DNA from: Tubiluchus corallicola
Lineage: Eukaryota; Animalia; Priapulida
Assembly (NCBI GenBank): GCA_030141605.1
Contig: JAQGDQ010000845.1
Span: 24,413 to 88,412, forward strand
DNA: 64,000 nucleotides
Reading direction: 5' to 3'
Below the pieces are notes generated by a model. The model saw nothing but the letters and a program-made list of their open reading frames with translations. It had not been told where the DNA came from and did no database searches. Both the position numbers and the translations under genes were made by a program. Numbering within the stretch: position 1 is the stretch's first letter; every line of letters starts with the position of its first letter. Positions 1 through 13,902 of the stretch are shown here, one piece after another.

Positions 1-16
1 AAAAACGAGAATGACT

Positions 17-780
17 ACAAGACTGCACGGCGCCACAGCGAAACAAACCTGTTTATAAGGTTACATCGTAAGTAATCCAGAACGAATACAAGAATGCACG
101 GCGCCACAGCGAAACAAACCTGTTTATAAGGTTACATCATAAGTAACCCAGAACGAATACAAGACTGCACGGCGCCACAGCGAAACAAACTTGTTTATAA
201 GGTTACATCGTAAGTAATCCAGAACGAATACAAGAATGCACGGCGCCACAGCGAAACAAACCTGTTTATAAGGTTACATCATAAGCAACCCAGAACGAAC
301 ACAAGACTGCACGGCACCACAGCGAAACAAACCTGTTTATAGGGTTACATTGTAAGTAACCCAGAACGAATACAAGACTGCACGGCACCACAGCGAAACA
401 AACCTGTTTATAGGGTTACATCGTGAGTAACCCAGAACGAATACAAGACTTACGGTGCCACAGCGAAACAAACCTGTTTATAGGGTTACATTGTAAGTAA
501 TCCAGAACGAATACAAGAATGCACGGCGCCACAGCGAAACAAACCTGTTTATAGGGTTACATTGTATGTAATCCAGAACGAATACAAGACTGCACGGCGC
601 GACAGCGAAACAAACCTGTTTATAAGGTTACATCGTGAGTAACCCAGAACGAATACAAGACTGCACGGCGCCACAGCGAGACAAACCTGTTTATAAGGTT
701 ACATTGTAAGCAACCCAGAACGAATATAAGATTGCACGGCGCCACAGCGAGAGAAACCTGTCTATAAGGTTACATCGTGT
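17..780. repeat. Tandem array, 71-bp unit, ~11 copies
   Basis: Unit aacgaatacaagactgcacggcgccacagcgaaacaaacctgtttataaggttacatcgtaagtaatccag recurs at 81, 152, etc. Confidence 0.95.
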
Positions 781-1744
781 GTAGGTAACCCAATAAATTG
801 AGTGAAGAATGACGACAACTTTGAAATTCAACGTACGTGACCTTTCAAAATCTGACCACATCTACCACTAAGCTTTGCAGGTCGCGTTGGACATGGTCAG
901 TAAGACCAGCAGTTGTACAAAGTGGAAACACTCTGAAATAGTGTTGACCAAACTAAGGATCAGACGTCAAATCAATTATTTACGTAATGACATGATAATT
1001 TTTGAGATAAACCCCTAGAAGTGTGTATAGTGCAAAATTTGGAGCACTTTAAAGTTTAAGTCTAGTGATTTTCAAAATTCTGTTACGCTTTTTCCCGAAG
1101 ATGGTTCTTCAAGCTACAGGCTAGGGCAACTTTTAATGTTGAACGGTTGTGGCAGTACTAGTATCCAACTTTTTATCAAAGATAACCCTCTAAATCATTC
1201 AGCTGTTCCAGACTTCGAGATGTTGATTTAGCTACCCACAGATGCATATACTGTCACTGAGCTAAGCAGCTGTAACTTAAAGCCTACAGGATTGACTTCC
1301 CTGCTGGTCGTCACCAATCCATTTACTAATCAGCTCTTTTGTTAGTTAACTTTCACAGCAAGGCACACACCATGACAGCGTAGCTTTTCACCTCAAACAT
1401 TTAATGAAGATGAGACAGAACAAAAGTACCACAAATTACAGTAACATCTGAAAATAACAACTAATTTTATTATGAATGAAAAACAGTCAACAGTACTTGT
1501 AAACATTTCAAAGTATCCCATAAATAAATAAAGTAAATAAATATATGTAAATAAATTAATCTCATCAGCCCTTATATGAATTTGCCTAGTGGGGGAAGAG
1601 AAAGGAATTTTAAGATCTCAAACAACTTTCCATACAAAGTTATATTGCTTGGTATTACGTGCTTACCTGTTTAAAAGGCATGTAATCGAAAAAGGAAACT
1701 CTTAACAATTTACAATATTTGCATAAACTGGTAAAACATCGCTT

Positions 1745-3225
1745 ACTCACCTTCCCAGTGTGTACCACTGACTCACCTTCCCAGTGTGTACCACTGACTC
1801 ACCTTCCCAGTGTGCACCACTGACTCACCTTCCCAGTGTGCACCACTGACTCACCTTCCCAGTGCGCACCACTGACTCACCTTCCCAGTGCGCACCATTG
1901 ACTCACCTACCCAGTGCACACCACTGATTCACCTTCCCAGTGTGTACCACTGATTCACCTTCCCAGTGCGCGCCACTGATTCACCTTCTCAGCGTGTACC
2001 ATTGACTCACCTACCCAGTGCACACCACTGATTCACCTTCCCAGTGCGCACCACTGATTCACCTTCCCAGTGCACACCACTGATTCACCTTCCCAGTGCA
2101 CACCACTGATTCACCTTCTCAGTGTGTACCACTGATTCACCTTCCCAGTGCGCACCACTGATTCACCTTCTCAGTGTGTACCACTGATTCACCTTCCCAG
2201 TGCGCACCATTGACTCACCTTCCCAGTGCGCACCACTGACTCACCTTCCCAGTGCGCACCACTCACCTTCCCAGTGTGCACCACTGATTCACCTTCCCAG
2301 TGTGCACCACTGATTCACCTTCCCAGTGCGCACCACTCACCTTCTCAGTGTGTACCACTGATTCACCGTCCCAGTGTGCACCACTGACTTACCTTCCCAG
2401 TGTGTACCACTGACTCACCTTCCCAGTGCGCACCACTGATTCACCTTCCCAGTGCGCACCACTGATTCACCTTCTCAGTGTGTACCACTGATTCACCTTC
2501 CCAGTGTGTACCACTGACTCACCTACCCAGTGCACACCACTGATTCACCTTCCCAGTGTGTACCACTGATTCACCTTCCCAGTGCGCACCATTGACTCAC
2601 CTTCCCAGTGCGCACCACTGATTCACCTTCCCAGTGCGCACCACTGACTCACCTTCCCAGTGCGCACCACTGACTCACCTTCCCAGTGTGTACCACTGAC
2701 TCACCTTCCCAGTGTGCACCACTGACTCACCTACCCAGTGTGCACCACTGATTCACCTTCTCAGTGCGCACCACTGATTCACCTTCCCAGTGCGCGCCAC
2801 TGATTCACCTTCTCAGCGTGTACCACTGACTCACCTTCCCAGTGTGCACCACTGACTCACCTACCCAGTGCGCACCACTGATTCACCTTCTCAGTGTGTA
2901 CCACTGACTCACCTTCCCAGTGTGCACCACTGACTCACCTACCAAGTGTGCACCACTGATTCACCTTCCCCGTGTGCACCACTGACTCACCTACCCAGTG
3001 TGTACCACTGACTCACCTTCTCAGTGCACACCACTAACTCACCTTCTCAGTGTGCACCACTGACTCACCTACCAAGTGTGCACCACTTACTCACCTTCCC
3101 AGCGAGCACCACTGACTCACCTTCCCCATGGTGCACCACTGACTCACCTTCCCAGCGTGCACCACTGACTCACCTTCCCCATGGTGCACCACTGACTCAC
3201 CTACCCAGCGTGCACCACTGATTCA
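1745..3225. repeat. Minisatellite, 26-bp unit, ~57 copies
   Basis: Unit actgactcaccttcccagtgtgtacc; on the minus strand each unit contains AAG/GTGAGT or AAG/GTGAAT. Confidence 0.97.
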
Positions 3226-4044
3226 CAAAAAACACATTATTGATCTTATTGTCTTTACCTTGATTATTGACCACAATATAAAGACACTTAAGCTTTTGTT
3301 TAGTTAGTAAAGGGTGTGCTACAAATGCTCTGATTATCTAAACTTTTTCCAGAAGACTTAACGTTAAAATGGCTGCGCCTAACGGTCATCGCAGAAGTTT
3401 AAGTTTAGAAGTATTTTACAACTTTACTGCAACAGCAATCTCTGCGCGCAATAAGACAGCATGTATGTGATACAAAATTCTCAATGCTTTTTTACGAAGA
3501 GCGTTTTCTTGTGCTATAACTGATACATTCCTCACTTTGAAAGGAATAAGAGCAAAAATAATAATTCGATAGAAAAATTTAAACACGAACAAAAAAATCT
3601 TTAGTAAATGAATAATTAACCAATTTCCTTAAATTACATATATGCAAAAGCAACAGAATGTAAAATATTATGGACGAAAAAATAATTGATTACATGTATA
3701 TTAAAAACATATACGATCACGCTTAAAATTTTATGTAAATAACTAAATATTTAACATAGAAATACATTTGACAATAAACATAAAACAAACATATGAATAA
3801 ACAAGAGTTTGTTTAGCTTAATTACATAAACATATATGTATAAAAACATAAATTATTATATAAACACAAGTAAATAGATAACATTTTTTTTGTATAGATA
3901 TAGTACAATCATACCAGCTAATTACTAAATTATTATCATTAAGCCCACTATGCACTTAGGAGAGCAGGCATAGAATGACAATACAGAAAACTTCAGATAC
4001 CAATACTGTGTACAAGGGCGAATTTACCAATAGGGTGGCTAGAC

Positions 4045-4544
4045 CAGGGGTGTGCAAATTATCTGACTAGCCGGGCCACATTAAACTTTCCCACAATTCC
4101 TGCGGGCCACAGGCAGTTTGATCAATGAGCCAAGTACAGAAAGGCCTAATAACGATTTTTTTGCATCCGACCTGCGTACATCGTTACTACTACACTCAAG
4201 AAACTATTTTAGAAGTTATTAAAATTTATATTACAAACCACATATTTCTACTTTCAGGACAGATAGTGGTAATTTCAATACAATGCATATTAGTAATGTG
4301 TATCACACAGTCTGTGTAGTACAGTGTTATTAAGCTACAACTGTCTTGTAAGGGTTAATGGCATCCGATCTAGTAGAAAAAACTACCTGCACTATCTTTG
4401 GGATCGTGGCAAGGACTTCAGCTGGATACACTCAATTAATCACCCGGGCCGCACTTTCATTAGGTTGACAAGTCTTTTCGCGGGCCACACAAATTCTCTC
4501 GGCAGGCCGCAAGTGGCCTGTGGGCCGCAATTTGCACACCTCTG
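4045..4544 (+). mobile_element. hAT-type MITE (family copy 1)
   Basis: TIRs caggggtgtgcaaatt...aatttgcacacctctg; near-identical copies at 37161-37641 and 44756-45236. Confidence 0.85.
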
Positions 4545-4693
4545 ACCAAGACTGTACGTTAGGGTGGTCAAATTTTGAAGGACGTCAGATTTTAGAAGCC
4601 TAGTGTTAAAACATTCGTATTCTCTTTAGAAAATGCCTATCTTTCCATAATAATACAAACTGCGTATTTTATAACACGCCACAAACAGTTGCC

Positions 4694-5168
4694 GTATCCG
4701 ATTTATGTAAGCGCCAAATAACAAACAAGTACGACTATTACATAAAAGGTACTACAGCACAAGCAGTTGCGCAGCACAATTAGATATAAGGCTTATGTCA
4801 TCAACAACGATGTATCCGATTTTATGTAAGCGCCAAATAACAAACAAATACGACTATTACATAAAAGGTACTACACCACAAGCAGTTGCGCAGCACAATT
4901 AGATATAAGACTTATGTCATCAACAACGATGTATCCGATTTTATGTAAGCGCCAAATAACAAACAAATACGACTATTACATAAAAGGTACTACAGCACAA
5001 GCAGTTGCGCAGCACAATTAGATATAAGACTTATGTCATCAACAACGATGTATCCGATTTTATGTAAGCGCCAAATAACAAACAAATACGACTATTACAT
5101 AAAAGGTACTACACCACAAGCAGTTGCGCAGCACAATTAGATATAAGACTTATGTCATCAACAACGAC
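4694..5168. repeat. Tandem array, ~119-bp unit, 4 copies
   Basis: gtatccgattt recurs at 4694, 4812, 4931, 5050. Confidence 0.95.
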
Positions 5169-5400
5169 GTACGTACTTGGTAGTTTACTAATACACCACA
5201 AATAATTGTGCACTACCTTTATGTATAAACAATCATAAACCTATAATAGAAATAAGCAGAATTGAACTACCCAAGGGAGTAGTAATGTCTCGCCTCTGAT
5301 CATGTACAAAGATTTGTTATCAAAAAAATTTAATGAATTACGAAAAAGAGTTACATGCCGATTAAATTTTCTCAGAATAAAGAATCAAAAAACGACTGAC

Positions 5401-5438
5401 ATGAACTGAGTGCATCTTGAAACCCATCATCTTCAGAT
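5401..5438 (-). CDS. Possible internal exon of an unidentified minus-strand gene (SEDDGFQDALSS)
   Basis: tttttgcttgcag acceptor and gtcagt donor; phase joins the putative microexon of the 26-bp array and the exon starting at 48. Confidence 0.3.
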
Positions 5439-6084
5439 CTGCAAGCAAAAAATGAAAAAACAAACAATACATTAACCGTTACAAGTAATATGTATCAAAT
5501 CCCTGATGTAAAAACAAAAAAAGCAGCCAAAGTGAAAAAATTATTCGCAGCCAAGGCTTGAACCTTCATCTTCAAAGTGTGTTAGATATTCTACAAAGTG
5601 TGTGTAGCAATTTTTTGTTAATCTACTTATAAAATTCATGTACGTGGCGCCATCTGTGGCAGTAATGCAAACCTTTTAGTTTCAAAACATCTTCCAGGCA
5701 ACTAACCTATCAGTCACCTGTCTGAGCTTCACCTGTGCTGTAAACAGTCAAGTTAATGCACTTAATATGGGACATTTCTGTGCCGATTTTTGTCACAATA
5801 AAGTACTTCAGTGGTATTAACTTCTGTTGAAAACGTTTCTGTCATTACAGTAAGCTATACAGGAAAGATTGGAAAGACATTCAGTCACCTGTCTGTTCTT
5901 CACCTGTGCTGTAAACAGTCAAGTTAATGCACTTAATTTGGAACATTTCTGTGCTGATTTTTGTTACAATAAAGTACTTCAGTGGTATTAACTTTTGAGG
6001 GCTTCTATTCAAGAAAGTTGGAAGTGGTGCTGACAAGCCACTGGCATAGCAGTGTCTAGTTTTTTTACTGCTATGTAATGAGGA

Positions 6085-6613
6085 CAGTGTCGACTCGTGT
6101 ATGGCTAAAATGGAACTGCACAGCACCCCCTATTTTCACTGAATATTATCGATAGTATTCAATATAATAAGTCTTTTTTCTTTAGTTCTTTCTTTACACT
6201 TCTATGGTAAGAGCTCGCGAGTGTAGACCTGTTAACTTCACGAATCACAGCCCAGCACAGTGCACTCATGGCTCAAGCAACGTGGTGTTTGGCTGTTGTG
6301 CACATGAGATAAGACGCTGTACTTTAAGTAGAAAAAGCACTGTCGCTCACGCAGTGTGTGTTGTCGGTTGTCACGTGTATATTAATTGAATATGCCGGTA
6401 TACGTAAAAGCCGTGACAATTTAGGCTATTCGTAAGCAAACAATATTTTTCATTTAGGATTTTATCAAATTTATTTAAAACTTTTGGTATGTATGTTTGT
6501 TTAAAATTACAATTACAACATTACAATTGTACGTCTGTTTCGTTTTACAACAAAACAATGGCTAAACATTTTCTGAAGCAGTAACGCCAGTAATTTTAGC
6601 TACGAGCCGCGAC
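6085..6613 (-). mobile_element. Diverged hAT-like non-autonomous element related to 19278-20317
   Basis: Reverse-complement similarity to both ends of the 19278-20317 element. Confidence 0.6.
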
Positions 6614-6989
6614 TAATCGAGGCAGATTTCGTTTTTTGAAATAAGAGTATATTGATGATTCAACTAATGTGCGTTGCACTGTTCACGGCGCATGCCCCAA
6701 AAGCAGGTAAGTTCAAATATATATATATAATACATTGATAATCACTGATAAAAACTTTACAGAGATGATCAATCAGTGTTAGTTAATGAAAACTTACACT
6801 GCTAAAGGCAAATGCGTCAGTGCAATCTAAACTACTGTGCAGTAATGGAAAGTAACGACGAATAAAATCAAACATATTTACAACTATGCACAAAAAAATG
6901 AAAAAACTATGATTTAATTAATATGGCCGTGGATATATGAATTCTGAATTAGTGTGTTTGTTGTCGTACTGGTGTGATGGTATTTCATA

Positions 6990-7230
6990 TCTGGTTAATA
7001 TTAGTGATTTTAATTTTGTTTTAAATGCTGATAGGAACTTCATTTGTTTAACCTGTAATGGTAGAGAATTCCAAAGTAGAATTGCTTGTTTGATTACAGA
7101 GTTCGTTCCATAGTGGGTATTTGTCCTAATTTGTTTTAGATTGCTTGTTCTGGAATTAACGGTAAGATTTGGCTAAAGGTAAATCTGTTATTCTGGGTAG
7201 AGACGATTTTTTGCAAATTAAAATGGACAA
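6990..7230 (-). mobile_element. CR1/L2-type LINE ORF2 C-terminal remnant
   Basis: Minus translation RTNTHYGTNSVIKQAILLWNSLPLQVKQMKFLSAFKTKLK matches the typical WNSLP...FK..LK end. Confidence 0.6.
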
Positions 7231-8039
7231 TTTTAGAAATTTCTTCAGCTCAACTATGAACTTACTTTAAATGACAATTTAATTACTCACGCCTTATCAT
7301 TATCATGAAGTTGACTTGGACACCAATCTCTACACTAGTACTGCAGCGCCCCTAGGGATGAATCCACAGAAATGAGAAAAATTAAACAAAACTGACTAAC
7401 CTGTTTGGAAAGATATTTAATAATTTTCTTCACAACATTATGCACCCATCCAACTACTACTGCCCACTGTTGCTTAACTCTCAGCTAAATCACCAAGCCA
7501 GCACCAATATAAAGAGGTTTAATAAATAAGAAATATCATTTTGAAATTTATCGAATTTATTTCTTAATTTTTATATCAATATATTGACCATTTGGTGGCA
7601 TAAGTTCTTCTATAATCAGTAATTTATATTCATCGTCAACTATTCATTTCAAAATACGACAAGTTTTACAGTAGTTATATAAGCTTAATAAACATCAGCT
7701 GTACGATAACTAATATTTGAACAAACATGATTAACTTAATTAAACAGGAAATAACAAGATCGCTAGCAGGAAAAACCAATTCAAACCAAAAAAGAGCAAA
7801 CCGGTCAAACTTGTCAACAACCAGAAATCACAAACCGGTACACTGCAATCTATTTCCTCTCCGACAGCAAGGTAACTGTTACGTTTACTTTTACTGTGTC
7901 GATGTAGTATCATTGTTCTTATAAATATGACGTAATATACAAACAGTTGTTTATACAAGAATCGGGTAGGTTTATTATTATACGAAAGTTTTTTGCTAGC
8001 TGCAGTTGGGTTCAATTGTTTCCTTTACCTTCTTCAAAA

Positions 8040-9286
8040 CTAATAGATTTTACGTGTCAAATGTAGACCTGCGTTAACTAAAATGTAGACTTACATGTCA
8101 AATGTAGACCTGCGTTAACTAAAATGTAGATTTAGGTAATTCAAATGTGTCTTGTTAACTAAAATGTAGACTTACATGTCAAATGTAGACCTGCGTTAAC
8201 TAAAATGTAGATTTAGGTAATTCAAATGTGTCTTGTTAACTAAAATGTAGATTTAGGTAATTCAAATGTGTCTTGTTAACTAAAATGTAGACTTACATGT
8301 CAAATGTAGACCTGCGTTAACTAAAATGTAGATTTAGGTAACTCAAATGTGTCTTGGTAGCTCAAATGTAGATTTAGGTAATTCAAATGTGTCTTGTTAA
8401 CTCAAATGTAGACTTACATGTCAAATATAGACCTGCGTTAACTAAAATGTAGATTTAGGTAACTCAAATGTGTCTTGGTAGCTCAAATGTAGATTTAGGT
8501 AATTCAAATGCGTCTTATTAACTCAAATGTAGACTGATGAGTCAAATGTAGACCTGCGTTAACTGAAATGTAGATTTAGGTAACTCAAATGTTTCTTGTT
8601 AACTCAAATGTAGACTTAGGCAGTTCAAATGTGTTAACAATGGTTTTCAAGAAATCTTAAGCGTTTTTGGGTAAGTCAAATGTAGACACATGTCAAATCA
8701 AATGTGACATTGGTATCTCAAATGTGGATAGGTGTTAAAGCTTAAGGATGTGAAGTTTAATCTCCTTTAATAATCTTAATTTAATAATTGCTGTGAAAAT
8801 AATAACTTTATTGGTCTACTAATAGTTCACTAATATACTGCAAACTTTGCATACCATTGGAACTGTTAGAGAAAACAATACATTCTTAAAATGAACAATA
8901 TTTCTTGAGAGACACTAATTCATTAATGCAGTGCTAATGCATTACTTAAAAAACTAATTAGTGATTCACTGTTCATTGGGATGTGATAAACAACACATTT
9001 TTCAAAGTTATGAAAGAGATGATGACTATCTTTGGTTTATCTTTTTGTAATTTGCACTTAAATGAGTTAATTACCTATTTATTCAAAGTACCGCATCTAC
9101 ATTTGACTTACCTAAGTCACATTTGAGTTACCAAAACACATTCGAAATTCCTATGTCTACACTTGACTTACCTAAGTCACATCTGAGTTACCAAAACACA
9201 TTCGAAATTCCTATGTCTACATTTGACTTATCTAAGTCACATTTGAACTTTCCTGTGTCTACATTTGATGTGTAAAACCTATAATA
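8040..9286. mobile_element. Foldback-like non-autonomous DNA element with arrays of subterminal repeats
   Basis: Left arm 8040-8720 built of aaatgtaga(c/t) motifs; right arm 9090-9286 carries the inverse tctacattt motifs; imperfect terminal inverted match. Confidence 0.6.
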
Positions 9287-9487
9287 GATTTACATTTATA
9301 GTTTTAGATTTATTTATTCATCCGCATAGCACAATGCAACAAAATACTATTTCTACAGTTACAAAAAAACAATGCAATGCAGTGCCATGAACGTAGCAAA
9401 AGAAAGTAATGTATAAGCTACAAAAGCTACACCTTAATTATGACATAAACAACAAAAATACGTTAAATTGAGCGAAGCAAAGAGATG

Positions 9488-9781
9488 CGAGAAGACGATA
9501 ATGACGATGATGATGACGACGACGACGATGATGATGATGACAGTATTGATGATGATGGTGATGATGATGATGATGACGACGACGACGACGATGATGATAC
9601 GACGACGATGATGATGATGACAATATTGATGATGATGGTGATGATAATGATGACGACGACGATGACGATGATAATGACAATATTGATAATGATGGTGATG
9701 ACAACGATGGTGATATTAATGCTGGTGACAATAGCGATGGTGATGAAGACAATTACGATGAATTGATGCTAGTGATGATGA
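9488..9781. repeat. (GAT/GAC)n microsatellite
   Basis: Direct inspection. Confidence 0.95.
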
Positions 9782-10292
9782 CGCGCCAGGATCAACTATT
9801 TAAACCAAGTTACCCATTTAATGACTAAATTCAAATCTCAATAAATAAAGAAAAAAGATAAAAAACTAAACTAACTTCTATGTAGTTAGATGGGTGACCA
9901 CGGATGATTTATCAGTTTTTTCTTTTTCTGTGATTAATGTGAAATAATTGGGAGAATCTCTCAAGCAGATTAGTTAATTTTATTTAGTCTTTTTCTCAGT
10001 TTTGTGAGTTGAAAGGTGAAATACCAAAAGCAAATAAAGAACAGAATTATGTCGCACCATCTAGAACAAGTTTTCCAGTAAAACAGTGCGTGATTTGCTT
10101 CAATCACAGATTATATAATCCTTAAAGGAAAGATCAACCTTTTTGGAAAGTTAGCCTTGGCAGAAGAAACGCAGGGGGCGCTGTGAAACCAAGTCAAAAG
10201 TATAACAAATTTTACCCATACGAATTTGACAGCGAATTTCATGTATTTTTGCACGAACATTAGCTAAGCTGCAGAAGCTTGAATTAGTTTAA

Positions 10293-10749
10293 CCCTTTCA
10301 TACCCGTTGTATCCCGTGGGATACGAGAATATTTTCTGCCTTTAAAATTAATAAAATTTTAAAACTGACAGTTATGTGATCTGTTAATAGTTATTTTGAT
10401 TTAAGCCAATAACAATAGACTAAAAATGGTGATAAAATGGCAAACTAGAAAATCTACATAGCATAAAAAACTGTGCAAGGTACAGTACTTTAGAGATGAC
10501 TTTGTACAGATCAGCATAGCATGAATACTAAATGTCTTAAATACTTTAAAAAATTATCAGCAGTTGCAAAATGAAGCACATTTTATGCTTCCATTGAATC
10601 CCAATGTATCGCGTGGGATACAGGCTATATTTAGCACGCGGACACAGGTAGAAAAAATAATTATTATGTGTAAAGAACATGGACATACTGAACAAAAGTA
10701 CCAAGCCAAAAAAATTTTCTTATTAAAAAATAATTTGGGACTAAAAGGG
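10293..10749 (+). mobile_element. piggyBac-type MITE (copy 1)
   Basis: TTAA|ccctttca ... aaaggg|TTGA; copies at 47309-47761 and 50389-50719. Confidence 0.85.
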
Positions 10750-11427
10750 TTGATGTAACATCATAAAAATTCAGTAATATAAGTTTCTGGAAATATTTTG
10801 TGCACACGTTTTTATGATGACCTAAACATGCGAGGAATTACTTTTTAAAATGTCCTAAACTTGTCTCCAGTGAGATTCCAACTTTTGACAATTGTGGTGC
10901 TCGGTTCCTAAGGCGGTTTTAAAAATCAAATCTTCGTGTTGCAGAGAAATCGCGAAGTCTTCCAGTGACGTCATAATTTTCATGTGAATGGCGGCAACCA
11001 CCGTGGTAGTATAAATGAACTTTATGCTTTATAGGTAATTAGTGGCAAATTTCTTTGATATATTTCTCTAAGTGATAACAGTAAAATAAACCGCGTGACT
11101 TGTCCAGAAAAAGCAAAAATGTGAGAAAGACAGGACCGAACCCGAGTCGCTTTCACAATGCAGTCACTAAGTTAATGACGTCGTGTTTGATAAATTAAAT
11201 GAAATACTTCTGCCCGAAAACCTTAATATAACTGCCTTAGGAACTAATGATCTGTTGAAGTCGTTATTGTTCGGAAAAGATGAATTTAACTATGTTGCTA
11301 ACTGTACAATATTCCAATGCATGCGTGACTTTATATTATGTACTAAACGCTTCCAGTAGTTTCTATCTGATATGAAATGCATCAGTCTTAAATATTCGTA
11401 CATTAATATTTTCTAACCGTCATTTTC

Positions 11428-12465
11428 TACTAATGTCTAATGTATTTTTGTAGTAAAACTTGTCAGCTTGTGTAGTTTTAGTCAATTCTTACTGTAAATG
11501 TTACTAATGTCTAATGTAATCTTGTAGTAAAACTTGTCAGCTTGTGTAGGTATAGTCTATTCTTACTGTAAATGTTACTAATGTCTAATGTAATCTTGTA
11601 GTAAAACTTGTCAGCTTGTGTAGTTATAGTCTATTCTTACTGTAAATGTTACTAATGTCTAATGTAATCTCGTAGTAAAACTTGTCAGCTTGTGTAGTTA
11701 TAGTCTATTCTTACTGTAAATGTTACTAATGTCTAATGTAATCTTGTAGTAAAACTTGTCAGCTTGTGTAGTAATAGTCTATTCTTACTGTAAATGTTAC
11801 TAATGTCTAATGTAATCTTGTAGTAAAACTTGTCAGCTTGTGTAGTAATAGTCTATTCTTACTGTAAATGTTACTAATGTCTAATGTAATCTTGTAGTAA
11901 AACTTGTCAGCTTGTGTAGTAATAGTCTATTCTTACTGTAAATGTTACTAATGTCTAATGTAATCTTGTAGTAAAACATGTCAGCTTGTGTAGGTATAGT
12001 CTATTCTTACTGTAAATGTTACTAATGTCTAATGTAATCTTGTAGTAAAACTTGTCAGCTTGTGTAGTAATAGTCTATTCTTACTGTAAATGTTACTAAT
12101 GTCTAATGTAATCTTGTAGTAAAACATGTCAGCTTGTGTAGGTATAGTCAATTCTTACAGTAAATATTACTAATGTCTAATGTAATCTTGTAGTTAAACT
12201 TGTCAGCTTGTGTAGTTATAGTCTATTCTTACTGTAAATGTTACTAATGTCTAATGTAATCTTGTAGTAAAACTTGTCCGCTTGTGTAGTTATAGTCAAT
12301 TCTTACTGTAAATGTTACTAATGTCTAATGTAATCTTGTAGTAAAACTTGTCTGCTTGTGTAGTTATAGTCTATTCTTTCCGTAAATGTTACTAGTATCT
12401 AATGTAATCTTGTAGTAAAACTTGTCAGCTTGTGTAGTTATAGTCTATTCTTACTGTAAATGTTT
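11428..12465. repeat. Tandem array, 74-bp unit, ~14 copies
   Basis: Unit tactaatgtctaatgtaatcttgtagtaaaacttgtcagcttgtgtag... Confidence 0.97.
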
Positions 12466-12983
12466 TTGTAAATAGTGTATATAGTCTGTTGTGGTGAGGA
12501 TCGTAAATCATGTTGTTCAAACCGTCTGATCCAATCCTATAATAAATTATGCTTAAACTAACTGACGTCGTCTTTGGATCCACTAAGTTATTAAAAATGA
12601 CTCGTTAACTTAGACGTTGGTTTGACCAGCATTTGAACACTCAGATTACTAACCAGTGACAATTGACTACAACATTACACGTAATCCAAAGATCACTGGT
12701 TCAATCCTAACACCAACCCTGATTTTTTTCCTTTCCTTCCTCCATCTTGTCATATTACAAACAGCTAAGAAGTGATAATTACTACAATAACAATGAATTT
12801 TTTTTCTGGGTAGCACAATTATCGGAATTCATCAGATTGAAAACTTATTTCTAACTAATCTAATCTAGTCTAAAAAAAACAATATTTTGTTTGTTTTGCT
12901 TTTACTGCTGTTATACACAGATCTTAAAAGGGCTAGCACAAAATACAAAAAAACCTTAACAGCAGGTAAAATTAGGATTTAAT

Positions 12984-13497
12984 CTTCTTCTTCTTCTTCT
13001 TCTTCTTCTTCCCAGCTTTTAGCAATGCGGGGTCGCTGTTGTGAATGAGTCTTCTCCATGCATTCCTGTTGTTGACCATCTCTTCATTTATGTCTTCCCT
13101 TCCCACATGATCTTCACCGACTCTTCTTTTCAGGTGTCCATACCATCGCAATCTTGCGAGGCTTCCACTACTTTTACTGTTCCTCTGATATCATTATTTC
13201 TAATTTTATCTCTTCTTGTTATTCCCACCATCCATCTCAACACCCTCATCTCCACCACACCCATTTTCTTCTCTTCGGTCTTCTTTAGAGAAGCTGCTTC
13301 CAGCCCATAGATTAGAGCGGGTCTGACCACTTCTTTGTGGACTTTACCTTTAAGTCTCACTGACTCAGTCATAGAAGGTTTTGGCGCAGTTTTTACAGGC
13401 GGATGCCCTTCCTGACCCTAACCCTACCTATTTATCCGGGCTTGGGACCGGCACTGAGTTGGGCTAGCTTGCCCCCCCCCCAGGGGCTAGGTTTAAG
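12984..13497 (-). mobile_element. Internally deleted (bipartite) RTE-clade LINE
   Basis: RT C-terminal peptide VVRPALIYGLEA...EMRVLRWMVGITRRDKIRN; (GAA)n tail; 13-bp TSD attaggatttaat (12971-12983, 13498-13510). Confidence 0.85.
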
Positions 13498-13902
13498 ATT
13501 AGGATTTAATATGCTGCATTATTTATAGCAAGCATGTAAGTGAAGGCACAATATCTCTTAAGACCAATTTTCATTAATTGAACATAGGCGTGCCTCTAAA
13601 TATGTGTTGGTCAAAAGCTAATATGAATTCATTCAGCCAAAAAGATAATCTAAAATACTCGTAAAGAAATTGACCAGTTTGAATGATAAAGCATACAGCT
13701 GCTACCATCAGAAAAATTGGCGAATCCAAATCAGCAGTAAGTTTCATTTTTCGAGAGATGTTACAGACAAAAATGCGGACGCAAAACAAAAACGATGATG
13801 ATGATAATGATGATGATGATGATTATGATGATGATGTTGATAATGGCAATAAATTTCTGAAGAAATAAAAACACTACAAGATCATTATTTGTTGCAGTAG
13901 TG

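Noticed and set aside
9438-9766. Poly-Asp/Ser/His ORFs
   Set aside because: Trinucleotide microsatellite
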